DNA of 64,000 nucleotides from Escherichia phage ESCO13, in the sequence record NC_047770.1, one strand, 5' to 3'. A program made the translations under genes and the position numbers. This document shows positions 9,640 through 18,699 of the stretch, piece by piece (position 1 is the stretch's first letter; the number at the start of each line of letters is the position of its first letter). The notes below the pieces were generated by a model that had not been told where the DNA came from, searched no databases, and was given only the letters and a program-made list of their open reading frames with translations.

Positions 9640-10638
9640 TCACCATTTAGTATGATTTGTTAAAAGTTGACGATGTTGAATCCAGCCTTTGAAATTGCCA
9701 GACCAAAACTTACCATTACGATCTACATGGGTAATACCTGGTTCCCAAGAGTTAAAATCCCAAGGAGCATTGATAAACAAATCTTCAAAACAGTTCTCTC
9801 CATATTGTTCGCATGTTTCTTGCATTGGAGTGGCTTGATGTTCAAACGGAGAAGCATGAACCTTGCGCCCAGTCAGCAAGCGACCATAGATATCTAAAGC
9901 TTTATCTTTAGTTGCATTTAAACGACGATAGCTAACCTGTGCACAACACGAAGCTGAAATAGCTTTGGCTTCTTCCAAAGTAAGCACAACGACTTCTCCA
10001 GATTCATTTTGAACGTAGTATCCACCAAAAACAAAATGATCGTCACCTTCTGTGCCAATAGTATCATAGAAATGGTCTACATAAGGTGTGTGCCATTGCC
10101 CTGGTTTCAGCACTTCTGGTGTAGATCCTTCATACTCTTTGTGCATCTCTTTAGCCAAAGCTTCGATAGTAGGATCGGCTTCTTTGTCATCACGTAGCCA
10201 CCAGAAATTTTCATATTCTGTTGCTGTCAGAACTGTTTTAATTCGTTGGAAAGGTTCCAGAAGACGGTTTGCAACTTGTTTGTGGTACCCTGCCAAAGAA
10301 AATTCTTCTGCAAAACGTGCTGCACTAAGCGCGGCAAGATCCCACCACTCTTGAGCAGTATAACCTGCATCAATAAGAGCGTCATGATCAACACCTTTAT
10401 CCTGCATACCAGGTTGGTTAGCCCCAAAACGATAAGGACGAGCAGGTTGATTTCGCACCATTTCAATCAGTGTTTTAACAGGTATAGCACGGCTAGAAGC
10501 AGCATTACGACTGAACAGGCGGTGAGTCATCAATTCTGAATGAATAATACGTGGATATTCTAGTTCAAAAGTTACAATCTCTTTTCCGTCTTCAGTGATG
10601 GAATGCGCAATAATACTAGCCGAAATCTGTTTTGTCAT
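9640..10638 (-). CDS. thyX: FAD-dependent thymidylate synthase (ThyX-like)
   Basis: 332 aa; ThyX-type signature HRLFSRNAASSR (xHRxxSxxxxSxR); sits with nrdAB and other nucleotide-metabolism genes. Confidence 0.6.
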   Translation of the reverse strand: MTKQISASIIAHSITEDGKEIVTFELEYPRIIHSELMTHRLFSRNAASSRAIPVKTLIEMVRNQPARPYRFGANQPGMQDKGVDHDALIDAGYTAQEWWDLAALSAARFAEEFSLAGYHKQVANRLLEPFQRIKTVLTATEYENFWWLRDDKEADPTIEALAKEMHKEYEGSTPEVLKPGQWHTPYVDHFYDTIGTEGDDHFVFGGYYVQNESGEVVVLTLEEAKAISASCCAQVSYRRLNATKDKALDIYGRLLTGRKVHASPFEHQATPMQETCEQYGENCFEDLFINAPWDFNSWEPGITHVDRNGKFWSGNFKGWIQHRQLLTNHTKW

Positions 10639-10647
10639 TTTTTCTCC

Positions 10648-11256
10648 TTAGTTTTTAAAATTGTTCAAAGTGTTAAAAACATCCAAACATGTTAGCCACT
10701 GATCTTCTAAACCTGTGATCACAACATTTGGTTTTTTCTTTAGTTCTTCTAGATGGTTATCTTTATAAGGCGTATTAAAATATATTTTAACCACTTCATC
10801 TGGAAAATATAGTAGGTTATCAGCCCTGTCATCTATTGCTATATCACAAGGCAATAAGTATTTTTCTTTCGTAGCAAAAAAGCCGTTGCCAGATCCTTTG
10901 CTAAAATCAATCGTATCTAATGTTCTTAAAACATGCTTATGTTTAGAACTTAAGTGACCACCTTTTGTCACACTCGCGATCAAAAGATTGCTACCTTTCC
11001 TTGAAACATACTTTAAGAAATCTGGCATACCTGGAACAAAACCCATTGTATCGTAGAGATGAGGATTATCCAGAAATCCGTAAGGATCTATGTTGAACTC
11101 TTCCCTGAAACCAGGAAAATAGTTGGTAAGATCATAATCTGCATTTTTTGTGAATGTGTCGATTTTAACACCAAGGCCACTAATCTTATTCAACCATTCT
11201 AACCAAGCAACATCTAACGGAGCCACAACTAAATCCCAATCACATACTATCTGCAT
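10648..11256 (-). CDS. HAD-superfamily hydrolase, possible 5'(3')-deoxyribonucleotidase
   Basis: 202 aa; N-terminal DWDLV (DxDx[TV]) and later DDRADN motifs; family assignment tentative. Confidence 0.35.
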   Translation of the reverse strand: MQIVCDWDLVVAPLDVAWLEWLNKISGLGVKIDTFTKNADYDLTNYFPGFREEFNIDPYGFLDNPHLYDTMGFVPGMPDFLKYVSRKGSNLLIASVTKGGHLSSKHKHVLRTLDTIDFSKGSGNGFFATKEKYLLPCDIAIDDRADNLLYFPDEVVKIYFNTPYKDNHLEELKKKPNVVITGLEDQWLTCLDVFNTLNNFKN

Positions 11257-11275
11257 AAAACCTCCTCTCTCTTTT

Positions 11276-11303
11276 AGTATAGTTATCTTATACTAACTTT
11301 CAA
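11276..11303 (-). promoter_or_regulatory. Sigma70-like promoter (TTGAAA-16-TATACT)
   Basis: Minus-strand -35 at 11303-11298 and -10 at 11281-11276, followed by GAGGAGG SD and the ATG at 11256. Confidence 0.4.
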
Positions 11304-11868
11304 TTTCCTGCAATAGGATTTTGACTATTTGTTTACGGCGTTTTGCTACTGTGCTTTCAGGTTCTATTTTACGCTTCTTCAGCCATGCTTTATCTTTCTT
11401 AGCTCTACACAAAGCTATCGCTTCTTTTTCAGCTTTTGCTTCTTCAAAAGATATGCCTTGCTTGTCTGCATAAGCAAGAATAGAGTTGCACAATTTACAA
11501 ACCATTCGCAAATCTTCTTCTTTCACATAGATCAAACGGAAAACAAAAAGAGGAATATCATCAAAACATTGAAGTTGTTTTGCTGCGTGAATATGATCCA
11601 CTTGGAAGTCTTTCATTCCTCCTCTATGTCCACATATTTCGCACTCACAATTCCAAACTTGTTTTGGTTTTCCAGTTTTCTTATCTAGTATTACATTGCC
11701 GTCTTTATCTACGCGATCAACTTTAAAACGCCTTGCATTGATAACCTTAATTTTATTAGGGTGTCTCATCCATGCTTTTCTAAAACATCCCCTAAGATAA
11801 GTATAAAATTCCGCTTGTGTTTTCCAGGGTGTTCCTTCACCCCACATTATTTTTGGTTCACCTGCCAA
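11293..11868 (-). CDS. HNH endonuclease (possible homing endonuclease)
   Basis: 191 aa; CECEICGHRGG...FQVDHIHA...CKLCN zinc-binding HNH motif; inserted among nucleotide-metabolism genes. Confidence 0.6.
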   Translation of the reverse strand: MAGEPKIMWGEGTPWKTQAEFYTYLRGCFRKAWMRHPNKIKVINARRFKVDRVDKDGNVILDKKTGKPKQVWNCECEICGHRGGMKDFQVDHIHAAKQLQCFDDIPLFVFRLIYVKEEDLRMVCKLCNSILAYADKQGISFEEAKAEKEAIALCRAKKDKAWLKKRKIEPESTVAKRRKQIVKILLQEIES

Positions 11869-12035
11869 TATTGCTCACCTTTTTAGCTGTATATTCCCCT
11901 GGTGGGATATTGTGTTTAAAAAACAAAAGGCGGTCTAACCCCGCCTTGCACATTGTTTCTGGAATAGTCAAAGTTAGTAAAAGTTTATCACCTTTTCGGT
12001 TGAATATTTTATAAACTTCTCCTGCTCCATATTGT

Positions 12036-12437
12036 TTAGTATTGCTCGCCACTAATACGTTCCTTAAGTTGTTTAATAGCTTCGATTGCATCTACATAAG
12101 AAGAGTTATACATGTGTTTCAGTGCCACTCGGATTAAAGGATCTTTTGTGAAGAAATCAATAAGAAGCATAGCTTGATCATGTTTAGCTGCATTTGTCAT
12201 AGATGGATAATTTTCACGAACCATATACGTGTTATTTTGCATAAGGGTTCTTTCTAGTTCGATACAATGAATAGCTTTATCTAGGTTAATCTGACGTTCA
12301 CCTTTAATACGTGTTGCGTATTTTGCCAATTTGCAAAAACAAGGTGTGCCACCAACCAAATAAGCTAGTTCAATAGGTTGCATTGCCATTTTTGTGTAGT
12401 GATCACCGTCAACCTGATTATCAAAAGCATTAGACAT
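12036..12437 (-). CDS. Hypothetical phage protein (DUF3310-like GDHY...QPIE motif)
   Basis: 133 aa; N-terminal DGDHYTK...MQPIELAYL resembles a conserved phage family of unknown function. Confidence 0.4.
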   Translation of the reverse strand: MSNAFDNQVDGDHYTKMAMQPIELAYLVGGTPCFCKLAKYATRIKGERQINLDKAIHCIELERTLMQNNTYMVRENYPSMTNAAKHDQAMLLIDFFTKDPLIRVALKHMYNSSYVDAIEAIKQLKERISGEQY

Positions 12438-12657
12438 AATTTTCCTCCTGAATTCCTACTGCGCCTTCTTCTGGGTAATCTGTGTAATAAGCTACCCTAC
12501 CTTGATAGATAACATCACCATCATCATTGTAGATTGCTGTATCTTCTTGAATTGTTATTTTAACGTCAAGTAAATCTGGGTCTTTCTCGATGGTATAGTT
12601 TAAACCTAACATTTCAAACAGTTCGAAAATTTCGTTACCTGTTAATGTAATGCTCAT
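12430..12657 (-). CDS. Hypothetical protein
   Basis: Track ORF starts at GTG 12693, but a promoter -10 overlaps that codon; ATG at 12657 with AAGGAGG SD is the probable start. Confidence 0.45.
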   Translation of the reverse strand: MSITLTGNEIFELFEMLGLNYTIEKDPDLLDVKITIQEDTAIYNDDGDVIYQGRVAYYTDYPEEGAVGIQEENYV

Positions 12658-12684
12658 ATTTCCTCCTTTTATTGTGGTTAGCAG

Positions 12685-12714
12685 AGTATACACTAATATA
12701 AAATTTTTGTCAAT
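12685..12714 (-). promoter_or_regulatory. Sigma70-like promoter (TTGACA-18-TATACT)
   Basis: Minus-strand -35 at 12714-12709 and -10 at 12690-12685, immediately after a terminator and before the SD/ATG at 12657. Confidence 0.5.
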
Positions 12715-12737
12715 AAAAAAGGGAGCAATAAGCTCCC
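12715..12737 (-). terminator. Rho-independent terminator (minus strand)
   Basis: GGGAGC-AATAA-GCTCCC hairpin (12721-12737) followed on the minus strand by TTTTTT (12720-12715), just after the stop at 12744. Confidence 0.6.
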
Positions 12738-12743
12738 TGATTA

Positions 12744-13703
12744 TTAGATTCCAATAATAGTTGCTGCTCGTTTATCTTTGGATCTGGTGTTTGCTCTACT
12801 ACGTGACAAACCTCCACAAGATTCACAACGAATGATATCGAAAGAACTTACCGCAGTGTGGTATTGCTTACCAGTAACAACGTGAACATGATCACTGCCG
12901 CAACGAGAACAACGGACTTTCTCATCTGGGTAATAAGCGGATAAGTTAGGATGCTGTGGAATCCACGGAAGGATTTTCATATACAAATCACGGAGTGAAA
13001 CAACATCACCGTCATTGTAAATCTGCATACGTTCAAAAGCATCACGATCACCTTCACAACATGCTTTCCATAAAGGGAACCCCTCGTTATCCAGTTTTTC
13101 ACTTTCTGTTTCGAAATATGCTCCCATTTCTTTAAGGGAGTTGGAAGGAAGTGCAAATTGTTTCTTAGCTGCCTTCAATGTATCAACAACTACATAATTA
13201 GAAGGAGGAGCCATATCGTGATATGCAAATCGTTGGTTAATGTATGCACGGTCAAACTTATATCCGTTGTGTGCCACAACTACATCTGCCTCATTCAGAA
13301 GGTTCCAAAGATCTTGGCAAAGCTCCCAATCATCTGTATGATCAATATCAAAAAGAGGATAAGAAGACAAGTTCTTACCTTCCACTTCACCAGTATACAG
13401 GTCGGCAGAAGAGTAAGATAACAAATAACCCCTACGAATTACTTGATCTGGAGAAATGAAGGCTTTGAATCGACGGAAAGTATATGCAATCTCTGGTGCA
13501 GTTTCAACATCAATAATTTTAATAACTGGTTGTTTCTTTTTAACTGGCTCTTGTTTACTTGCACCGAAACGTGCAAGGAAATCATTTACTGTGCTTTTTC
13601 TTGTCGGGCTACCTAAAACAATTGCTGCAATATTGCGAGAAGACATACCCTCTGCACTCATACTAAGGATATCTGCTTTCTGCTCTTCTGTTAATCTGCT
13701 CAC
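12744..13703 (-). CDS. Putative HTH-containing DEDD-type 3'-5' exonuclease with C-terminal zinc ribbon
   Basis: 319 aa; N-terminal HTH-like segment, exonuclease-like blocks IIDVETAPE, VVAHNGYKFDRAYI, YNDGD, and C-terminal CSRCG...CESCGG. Confidence 0.45.
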   Translation of the reverse strand: MSRLTEEQKADILSMSAEGMSSRNIAAIVLGSPTRKSTVNDFLARFGASKQEPVKKKQPVIKIIDVETAPEIAYTFRRFKAFISPDQVIRRGYLLSYSSADLYTGEVEGKNLSSYPLFDIDHTDDWELCQDLWNLLNEADVVVAHNGYKFDRAYINQRFAYHDMAPPSNYVVVDTLKAAKKQFALPSNSLKEMGAYFETESEKLDNEGFPLWKACCEGDRDAFERMQIYNDGDVVSLRDLYMKILPWIPQHPNLSAYYPDEKVRCSRCGSDHVHVVTGKQYHTAVSSFDIIRCESCGGLSRSRANTRSKDKRAATIIGI

Positions 13704-14389
13704 TCTGCCTCCTGTTGTGAGATGTATGACTGAAGCATACTCTCAAATGTTGTATCGTCATTATCCCAGCGTTTCATGTATACCAACTGGAAAATTGTTT
13801 CTATCCATTCATCTGTTGTCATATGGACTTCTTCTCCATCCCAAGAAGTAAAATTAACACCATCTGGGAACCACGAGTAGTAAGTATCTTTAACTGTTTG
13901 GAAAAGCTCTGCTTGAGTTTTACAAGCTGAAAGAAGATTAAAACAAGTAATATCTCCAAACTTAATATCAAAATCTTGATAAGGTCGGATACTATCTGTT
14001 TTATCTCCCATTAGCATCTGATAGGCTAACCAATAACTTCCCCAACCTTTAACTTCTTTCTTTTTACCTTTATCTACGATCCATATGTCGCCAATAGACT
14101 CGTCAATAAGAATTATATCTGGATTTTTAAATACTCCATCCTCTTTGTAGAAATTAAAAAGGATACTAGGAGTATGTAAACTATCTTTATCTATAGACAC
14201 TACAATATAAGAAAATTTACCCGTCCTTTTATAATCTTTATAACCTTGGAAACCATACTTCTCTAACTCATCGTCAGCCTCTATTACAGTAACAACATCA
14301 CCATTGTGGAACTCCACAAGATAATCTTTGGTTTCTGAAAGCTGAAGTGGTTTGATATCTAATCGTTCAGACTTATATTCTACAGGCAT
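13700..14389 (-). CDS. Hypothetical protein (possibly longer; see ATG-less upstream frame)
   Basis: 229 aa from ATG at 14389; same frame stays open for 147 more codons upstream to the TAA at 14833-14831 with no ATG/GTG/TTG. Confidence 0.45.
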   Translation of the reverse strand: MPVEYKSERLDIKPLQLSETKDYLVEFHNGDVVTVIEADDELEKYGFQGYKDYKRTGKFSYIVVSIDKDSLHTPSILFNFYKEDGVFKNPDIILIDESIGDIWIVDKGKKKEVKGWGSYWLAYQMLMGDKTDSIRPYQDFDIKFGDITCFNLLSACKTQAELFQTVKDTYYSWFPDGVNFTSWDGEEVHMTTDEWIETIFQLVYMKRWDNDDTTFESMLQSYISQQEAE

Positions 14390-14830
14390 TTTGAAGGCGT
14401 GTCTGAAAGTTTTTCCTACGCCAATAACTCCGCAATATTTTTCTAAACGTAGATGTTTTAGAATACCTAAGACTTTTGTTTTAGCTGCTTGGAAGGTGTG
14501 TCCGATATCTTCTGGCGGGTATTGCTTATCAATAATTTCGAACTCTTCCTTTGTGAAGGGACGTTTGTTTTTGGAGGCTCTTTCTGCATTTGTATCTCCT
14601 AGCCAACCTCCAATTTTAGTCTTACTTTTACCCCAAAACTCTGTCTTATTTTTAAATTCCTTTTGAGCACCTGAAGGGATGTGCTTCGCAATGATTGTTC
14701 TTTTCTCTAATGCAGACGCTGCTTGGAAAGCAATCTGATCATAATCAATTGCAGCTATTGTCTCTTCGTTGACATATAAATGAAGATCTTCAGGTTTAAT
14801 TAAAATATAACCGCTAATATTTCCCCCTAA

Positions 14831-15040
14831 TTATTCATCGTCATCCTCTGTTGAGAATGTTTTAGTATACGGACATTGACGACTTTTCGGGATTGCTATA
14901 ACTTCATCTTGGTTAGCGTTAGAATAGTAGCAATATTTTGTGTTGCCATTAACTTCAGAATCAGACAAGATTAAAGTAATTTGACCTGCTGCTACTGTGA
15001 AACTAAAAGCTAAAAGAACGACTGTCAGAATCTTTTTCAT
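14831..15040 (-). CDS. Small secreted/membrane-anchored protein with signal peptide
   Basis: 69 aa; MKKILTVVLLAFSFTVAAGQ signal-like N-terminus; AGGAGG SD before ATG 15040. Confidence 0.45.
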   Translation of the reverse strand: MKKILTVVLLAFSFTVAAGQITLILSDSEVNGNTKYCYYSNANQDEVIAIPKSRQCPYTKTFSTEDDDE

Positions 15041-15050
15041 AACGCCTCCT

Positions 15051-15079
15051 AAAAAGCCTACCTCATTAAGTAGGTAGGC
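15051..15079 (-). terminator. Rho-independent terminator (minus strand)
   Basis: 7-bp stem GCCTACC/GGTAGGC (15056-15079) followed on the minus strand by TTTTT (15055-15051), after the stop at 15113. Confidence 0.5.
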
Positions 15080-15108
15080 ATAATATCATAACTAATCCCG
15101 CAAGTCAA
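15080..15108 (-). promoter_or_regulatory. Sigma70-like promoter (TTGACT-17-TATTAT) abutting a terminator
   Basis: Minus-strand -35 at 15108-15103 and -10 at 15085-15080; predicted start site falls inside the terminator stem. Confidence 0.45.
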
Positions 15109-15112
15109 GAAC

Positions 15113-15991
15113 TTATTTAAGGATTGTTGCTTTGGTTAAATCTTCCATCAGACCTCGAATCTCATTGAAGCACAGAAGGACTGAAGCTTCAATACTACCT
15201 TCTTCGTCTGCAAAATATTTCGGAAAACGTAGTTTAGAAAGTTTAAACTCTTTATCCACTACAAAATCTACAACACCGTCATATTCAAGACCGATTGCAA
15301 CAACATCTTTACCATCTTCTTTTAGTTCGACAGCTTTAGACTCGTATAGAGATTCTTTACTCCAAACAACAACGCCCTCGCTATCCTCCATTTTGATATA
15401 ATTTCCGAGAGTAATACGATCTGCTTCGTGATTCTCCAGCAATTCACCAAAACCTTTTACAATAGCTTCTTCGTGCACACTAAAACCTACCGAAGGGAAA
15501 GTCCCCAGGACGGAACGGAGGAAAGAAGTAATCTCTTCTGCAACCTTTTTACTTCCATTAAGAACATAAAGAAGATTCGTAGTTTTATCCAAGACAACAT
15601 AGTTAAAGAAATCTTCAGGTTCTGTTTCAGGCAATAGTGCAAATTCAATATCTTCTTTCATTGCTTTGACTACTTCTTTATCGACATAAAACTCTTTACC
15701 TTCGCTCTCCATGTCCTGACGCATTTCTTCTAGACGTTCATTCAGAATACGTTTAACTTTCTTTTTATCTACCTTCTTCACAGATTGACCTACATTAAGC
15801 AGTTCAAGATCTGAAAACTCTTTTACAAATTTAGAGTCATCTTCGAAACGAACAAGACCGATAGTGTGTGACTGGGAGCCTTCTGCTGTTACAAATTCCA
15901 GAGGAATATCTGTAATGCTGTTAAGGGATGCTACAGAAGCATTGTCACCAACAACCATAGGCAGAGCGGATTTAAAAGATTTTACAAACAT
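15113..15991 (-). CDS. Hypothetical protein, weak resemblance to RdgC recombination-associated protein
   Basis: 292 aa; length and some blocks reminiscent of RdgC; assignment weak. Confidence 0.3.
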   Translation of the reverse strand: MFVKSFKSALPMVVGDNASVASLNSITDIPLEFVTAEGSQSHTIGLVRFEDDSKFVKEFSDLELLNVGQSVKKVDKKKVKRILNERLEEMRQDMESEGKEFYVDKEVVKAMKEDIEFALLPETEPEDFFNYVVLDKTTNLLYVLNGSKKVAEEITSFLRSVLGTFPSVGFSVHEEAIVKGFGELLENHEADRITLGNYIKMEDSEGVVVWSKESLYESKAVELKEDGKDVVAIGLEYDGVVDFVVDKEFKLSKLRFPKYFADEEGSIEASVLLCFNEIRGLMEDLTKATILK

Positions 15992-16047
15992 GTTTCCTCC
16001 TATTTAATACATCTCACATTACCGCCCATAAAGGGCGGCTTACAACA

Positions 16048-16773
16048 TTACTTATTAATAATACCTGCAATATTAGGTTTGACAAAGGTCGATGGTTTCA
16101 TGATCTTACCTTTATCATCAAAGAACACATACACTTTCTGTTTTTCATTATAAACAGCATGAACACCAGTGTATGCCCCTTCTGGACGATTGGCATTTCG
16201 TTCTTCAATTGCAGCGCATTCTTGTGCAATGGCTGAATCGATATCCGAAGTTTTCCAAGTTTTCAGCAACTGTTGTTTAGTTGGATACTTGGAATCATTA
16301 CTTTTCAATACCTCTTTAATAACTTTCTTTTCTGGATATTTTGAACGGATTAGAGTGTCACGAGACATACGCATAATACCAGCAGCCATTAGTGCCATTT
16401 GAACTGGCTCTGTAAATGTTTGTTCCAAAGCATCAAAATCAGTATACACAGTTGGAGTAAAAACATCGCCTACAGCATAGTCCAAGAAATTCATCGTATG
16501 TTCTTCACCAAAGAACATGTAGGTCAGATAACTGGATACTACAAAAATATCCGCTGCTGCATCCAAGAGTTCTACATGATCGTTTACTTTCGCGGCTGTT
16601 TCATACTCTTTAAGCTCTTCACGAACGAATCCGATTTGGGACATAAATAGCTCTTGAGTGAATTCAGGTTGTTCACCACCTCGTGCTTTAGCATTCCAAT
16701 CAATCACGTGCTTCGCTGCATTTTTGAAAAATTCAGTATCGAACTTAATATCTTTAAAAAAATTCTCGATCAT
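16048..16773 (-). CDS. MazG-like all-alpha NTP pyrophosphohydrolase
   Basis: 241 aa; EE..E / D..D metal-binding helix pair (FVREELKEYETA ... VELLDAAADIFVV) typical of MazG/HisE-like enzymes. Confidence 0.45.
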   Translation of the reverse strand: MIENFFKDIKFDTEFFKNAAKHVIDWNAKARGGEQPEFTQELFMSQIGFVREELKEYETAAKVNDHVELLDAAADIFVVSSYLTYMFFGEEHTMNFLDYAVGDVFTPTVYTDFDALEQTFTEPVQMALMAAGIMRMSRDTLIRSKYPEKKVIKEVLKSNDSKYPTKQQLLKTWKTSDIDSAIAQECAAIEERNANRPEGAYTGVHAVYNEKQKVYVFFDDKGKIMKPSTFVKPNIAGIINK

Positions 16774-16782
16774 TATAACTCC

Positions 16783-16965
16783 TTATTTAAAATAGCTTTC
16801 TAGAAAGTTGCTAATATTTACTACAGTCTCACCCATGTAAATTCCTGCGAAACCGAAAACAAGCATACGTGGAATATTGAAATACCATTTATCCGCTGGA
16901 AAAGATGCCAGAATTACAATAGCAATTGCTATCAGCATCATAAGAATTGTTGCTAAAATTATCAT
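16783..16965 (-). CDS. Small hydrophobic membrane protein
   Basis: Track ORF runs to 17043; internal ATG at 16965 has a GGAGG SD; product is one long hydrophobic helix. Confidence 0.35.
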   Translation of the reverse strand: MIILATILMMLIAIAIVILASFPADKWYFNIPRMLVFGFAGIYMGETVVNISNFLESYFK

Positions 16966-17156
16966 AAAAATGCCTCCAGGTATTTTGAACAATGATAAGC
17001 TAAGAAACAAGAAACTACCGCATACCCAACTCCAGACATACATGAATCAATCACAACACATACGGTTCTTTTCTTTGAATTCTTAGGAAAGTTTTCCGAA
17101 GCATTCATACAATAAAAAGAAAGTACACTGAAAACGATTAAAATGGCTAAGAACAT
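16962..17156 (-). CDS. Small membrane protein
   Basis: 64 aa; AAGGAGG SD before ATG 17156; N-terminal transmembrane segment; stop overlaps next start (ATGA). Confidence 0.4.
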   Translation of the reverse strand: MFLAILIVFSVLSFYCMNASENFPKNSKKRTVCVVIDSCMSGVGYAVVSCFLAYHCSKYLEAFL

Positions 17157-17165
17157 TTTTCCTCC

Positions 17166-18293
17166 TTACTCTGCTGGTTCCCAAGTGCCTGGGATCATTT
17201 CTCGAATACGAACACCAACAGGTTTTGTTGGAATACCTTCATCTGAAAATTCTTCATACTCTATTTCAACGAACTGATTAATCAAGGTAGAAGCATTCTC
17301 TGCTTTACGATAATTGATAGTCTCATGAGCATCTTTACGCATTAAGAATTCGACTACTTTACCATTTTCCATCTCACCTGTCAACACTCCATCGCCATTT
17401 TTATCGCTTTTTGAATTTGTTACTTTAACTTCAAGGGTGTGGCGAGGCTTACGTTTAATAACGTCATAAGAACGTTTATCAAATTCGTAAACTCCGTGAG
17501 CATTACGATATACTACACCTTCAGCTTTCTCAAGTAAAGCTTTTTCATAGAAAGCGTCAAACTGCTCTTGGTTTTCAATATACTCTGTATGAACTACACA
17601 AATAAGCTCGTCAAGACCATAATCTTCAACTACTGCCTTAAGAGCAGCAAGAGCATCAACACGTTTTTCAAACGGTAGACCTGGAACTGGAATATCGTAT
17701 ACGTAATAATTCAGCAAAGGTGTATTTGCATTATGCTTCTTCCAAGCACTGTTAATTTGTTGCAGACTAAGGACACCTAACCCAGCAAACACTTCACCAT
17801 CAAGAGGATGACCAACAACTTCACTAATAAAGTTTGGAATACCTTTCCAATGAGGTGGCAGGTTATACACTTCCCCAGCTTTTGATAAACACTCCCCTTT
17901 CATGTTAATCATAGAACGTAACCCGTTCAGTTTGTATTGTGCATAACCAGGGAACACAACCCTTTCAGGATAATCTTTATAATCCTGGCATTTCATTGGT
18001 GTGGAAGGAACATGGTTTTCAGCTTCTTCTTTTGTTTTATAATAGCCATTCTTTAACTGTTTTGTCCATTTGGCAAAAGCTTCAAGTTCAGCTTGTTCTT
18101 CCGGTGTTGTTTCATTGGAACGACCAATGTTTTTTGCTTCTGCTGTATAAGATTTTTCTGTGATCTTTCCACCTACTCTTCCATGAGCTACAGTAACAAC
18201 TGCACCATCTGTATATACTGTCCACTGTTTAAGTTTTCCTTTTGAATCTTTACCATACAGCGTTTGATTTGTTTGTTGCATTAGTCCTCCCAT
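17166..18293 (-). CDS. ATP-dependent DNA ligase (nucleotidyltransferase superfamily)
   Basis: 375 aa; motif I variant KLNGLR, motif III DGEVF, motif IV EGVVYR and motif V Lys-rich block VIKRK parallel T4 DNA ligase blocks. Confidence 0.55.
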   Translation of the reverse strand: MGGLMQQTNQTLYGKDSKGKLKQWTVYTDGAVVTVAHGRVGGKITEKSYTAEAKNIGRSNETTPEEQAELEAFAKWTKQLKNGYYKTKEEAENHVPSTPMKCQDYKDYPERVVFPGYAQYKLNGLRSMINMKGECLSKAGEVYNLPPHWKGIPNFISEVVGHPLDGEVFAGLGVLSLQQINSAWKKHNANTPLLNYYVYDIPVPGLPFEKRVDALAALKAVVEDYGLDELICVVHTEYIENQEQFDAFYEKALLEKAEGVVYRNAHGVYEFDKRSYDVIKRKPRHTLEVKVTNSKSDKNGDGVLTGEMENGKVVEFLMRKDAHETINYRKAENASTLINQFVEIEYEEFSDEGIPTKPVGVRIREMIPGTWEPAE

Positions 18294-18502
18294 TTAAAAA
18301 CTGAAATTTTCAATCTGTTACACACTTCATCCAAATCTGCGTCGAGTAACGTTGTAGATGTTGCCAACATATAATCAATGCTTGTGAAACCTTGCCCTTT
18401 GGCATAGTCAAGCATATCTTCATACATATCTTCAAGATCACCGTCATCAAAAGTAGCTAGAAAATCCTCGTCTCCGCTACGAACATAAAATGCAGTACTC
18501 AT
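18281..18502 (-). CDS. Hypothetical acidic protein
   Basis: 73 aa ORF in operon context. Confidence 0.4.
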   Translation of the reverse strand: MSTAFYVRSGDEDFLATFDDGDLEDMYEDMLDYAKGQGFTSIDYMLATSTTLLDADLDEVCNRLKISVFKWED

Positions 18503-18690
18503 TCTTCTTCATCCCAAGATTCAAAAGCACAACAATCATCGGTTTCTATAATACCAACACGTCCGCAGGTATTGCAAGTGATTTTATCCCCGTAGAATAA
18601 ATAATTTTTATCACCCTCTGTGTTTACAGTTATGTCATTACTACCACAAGGGCAAGTCAGCCAACCAACAACAACGATATCTTTTTTCAT
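18499..18690 (-). CDS. Small zinc-ribbon protein
   Basis: 63 aa; CPCG ... CNTCG ... CC cysteine pattern. Confidence 0.4.
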   Translation of the reverse strand: MKKDIVVVGWLTCPCGSNDITVNTEGDKNYLFYGDKITCNTCGRVGIIETDDCCAFESWDEEE

Positions 18691-18699
18691 AATCCCTCC

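Noticed and set aside
11858-12091. Minus-strand ORF (77 aa) overlapping both the HNH gene and the DUF3310-like gene
   Set aside because: Overlaps both neighbours in other frames and has no convincing SD; a short gene in the 168-bp gap cannot be excluded but evidence is insufficient.
14352-14666. Plus-strand ORF (104 aa) in the region lacking a minus-strand start
   Set aside because: Opposite to the direction of every neighbouring gene, no SD, Ser/Leu/Pro-rich translation; the stop-free minus-strand frame is a better explanation.
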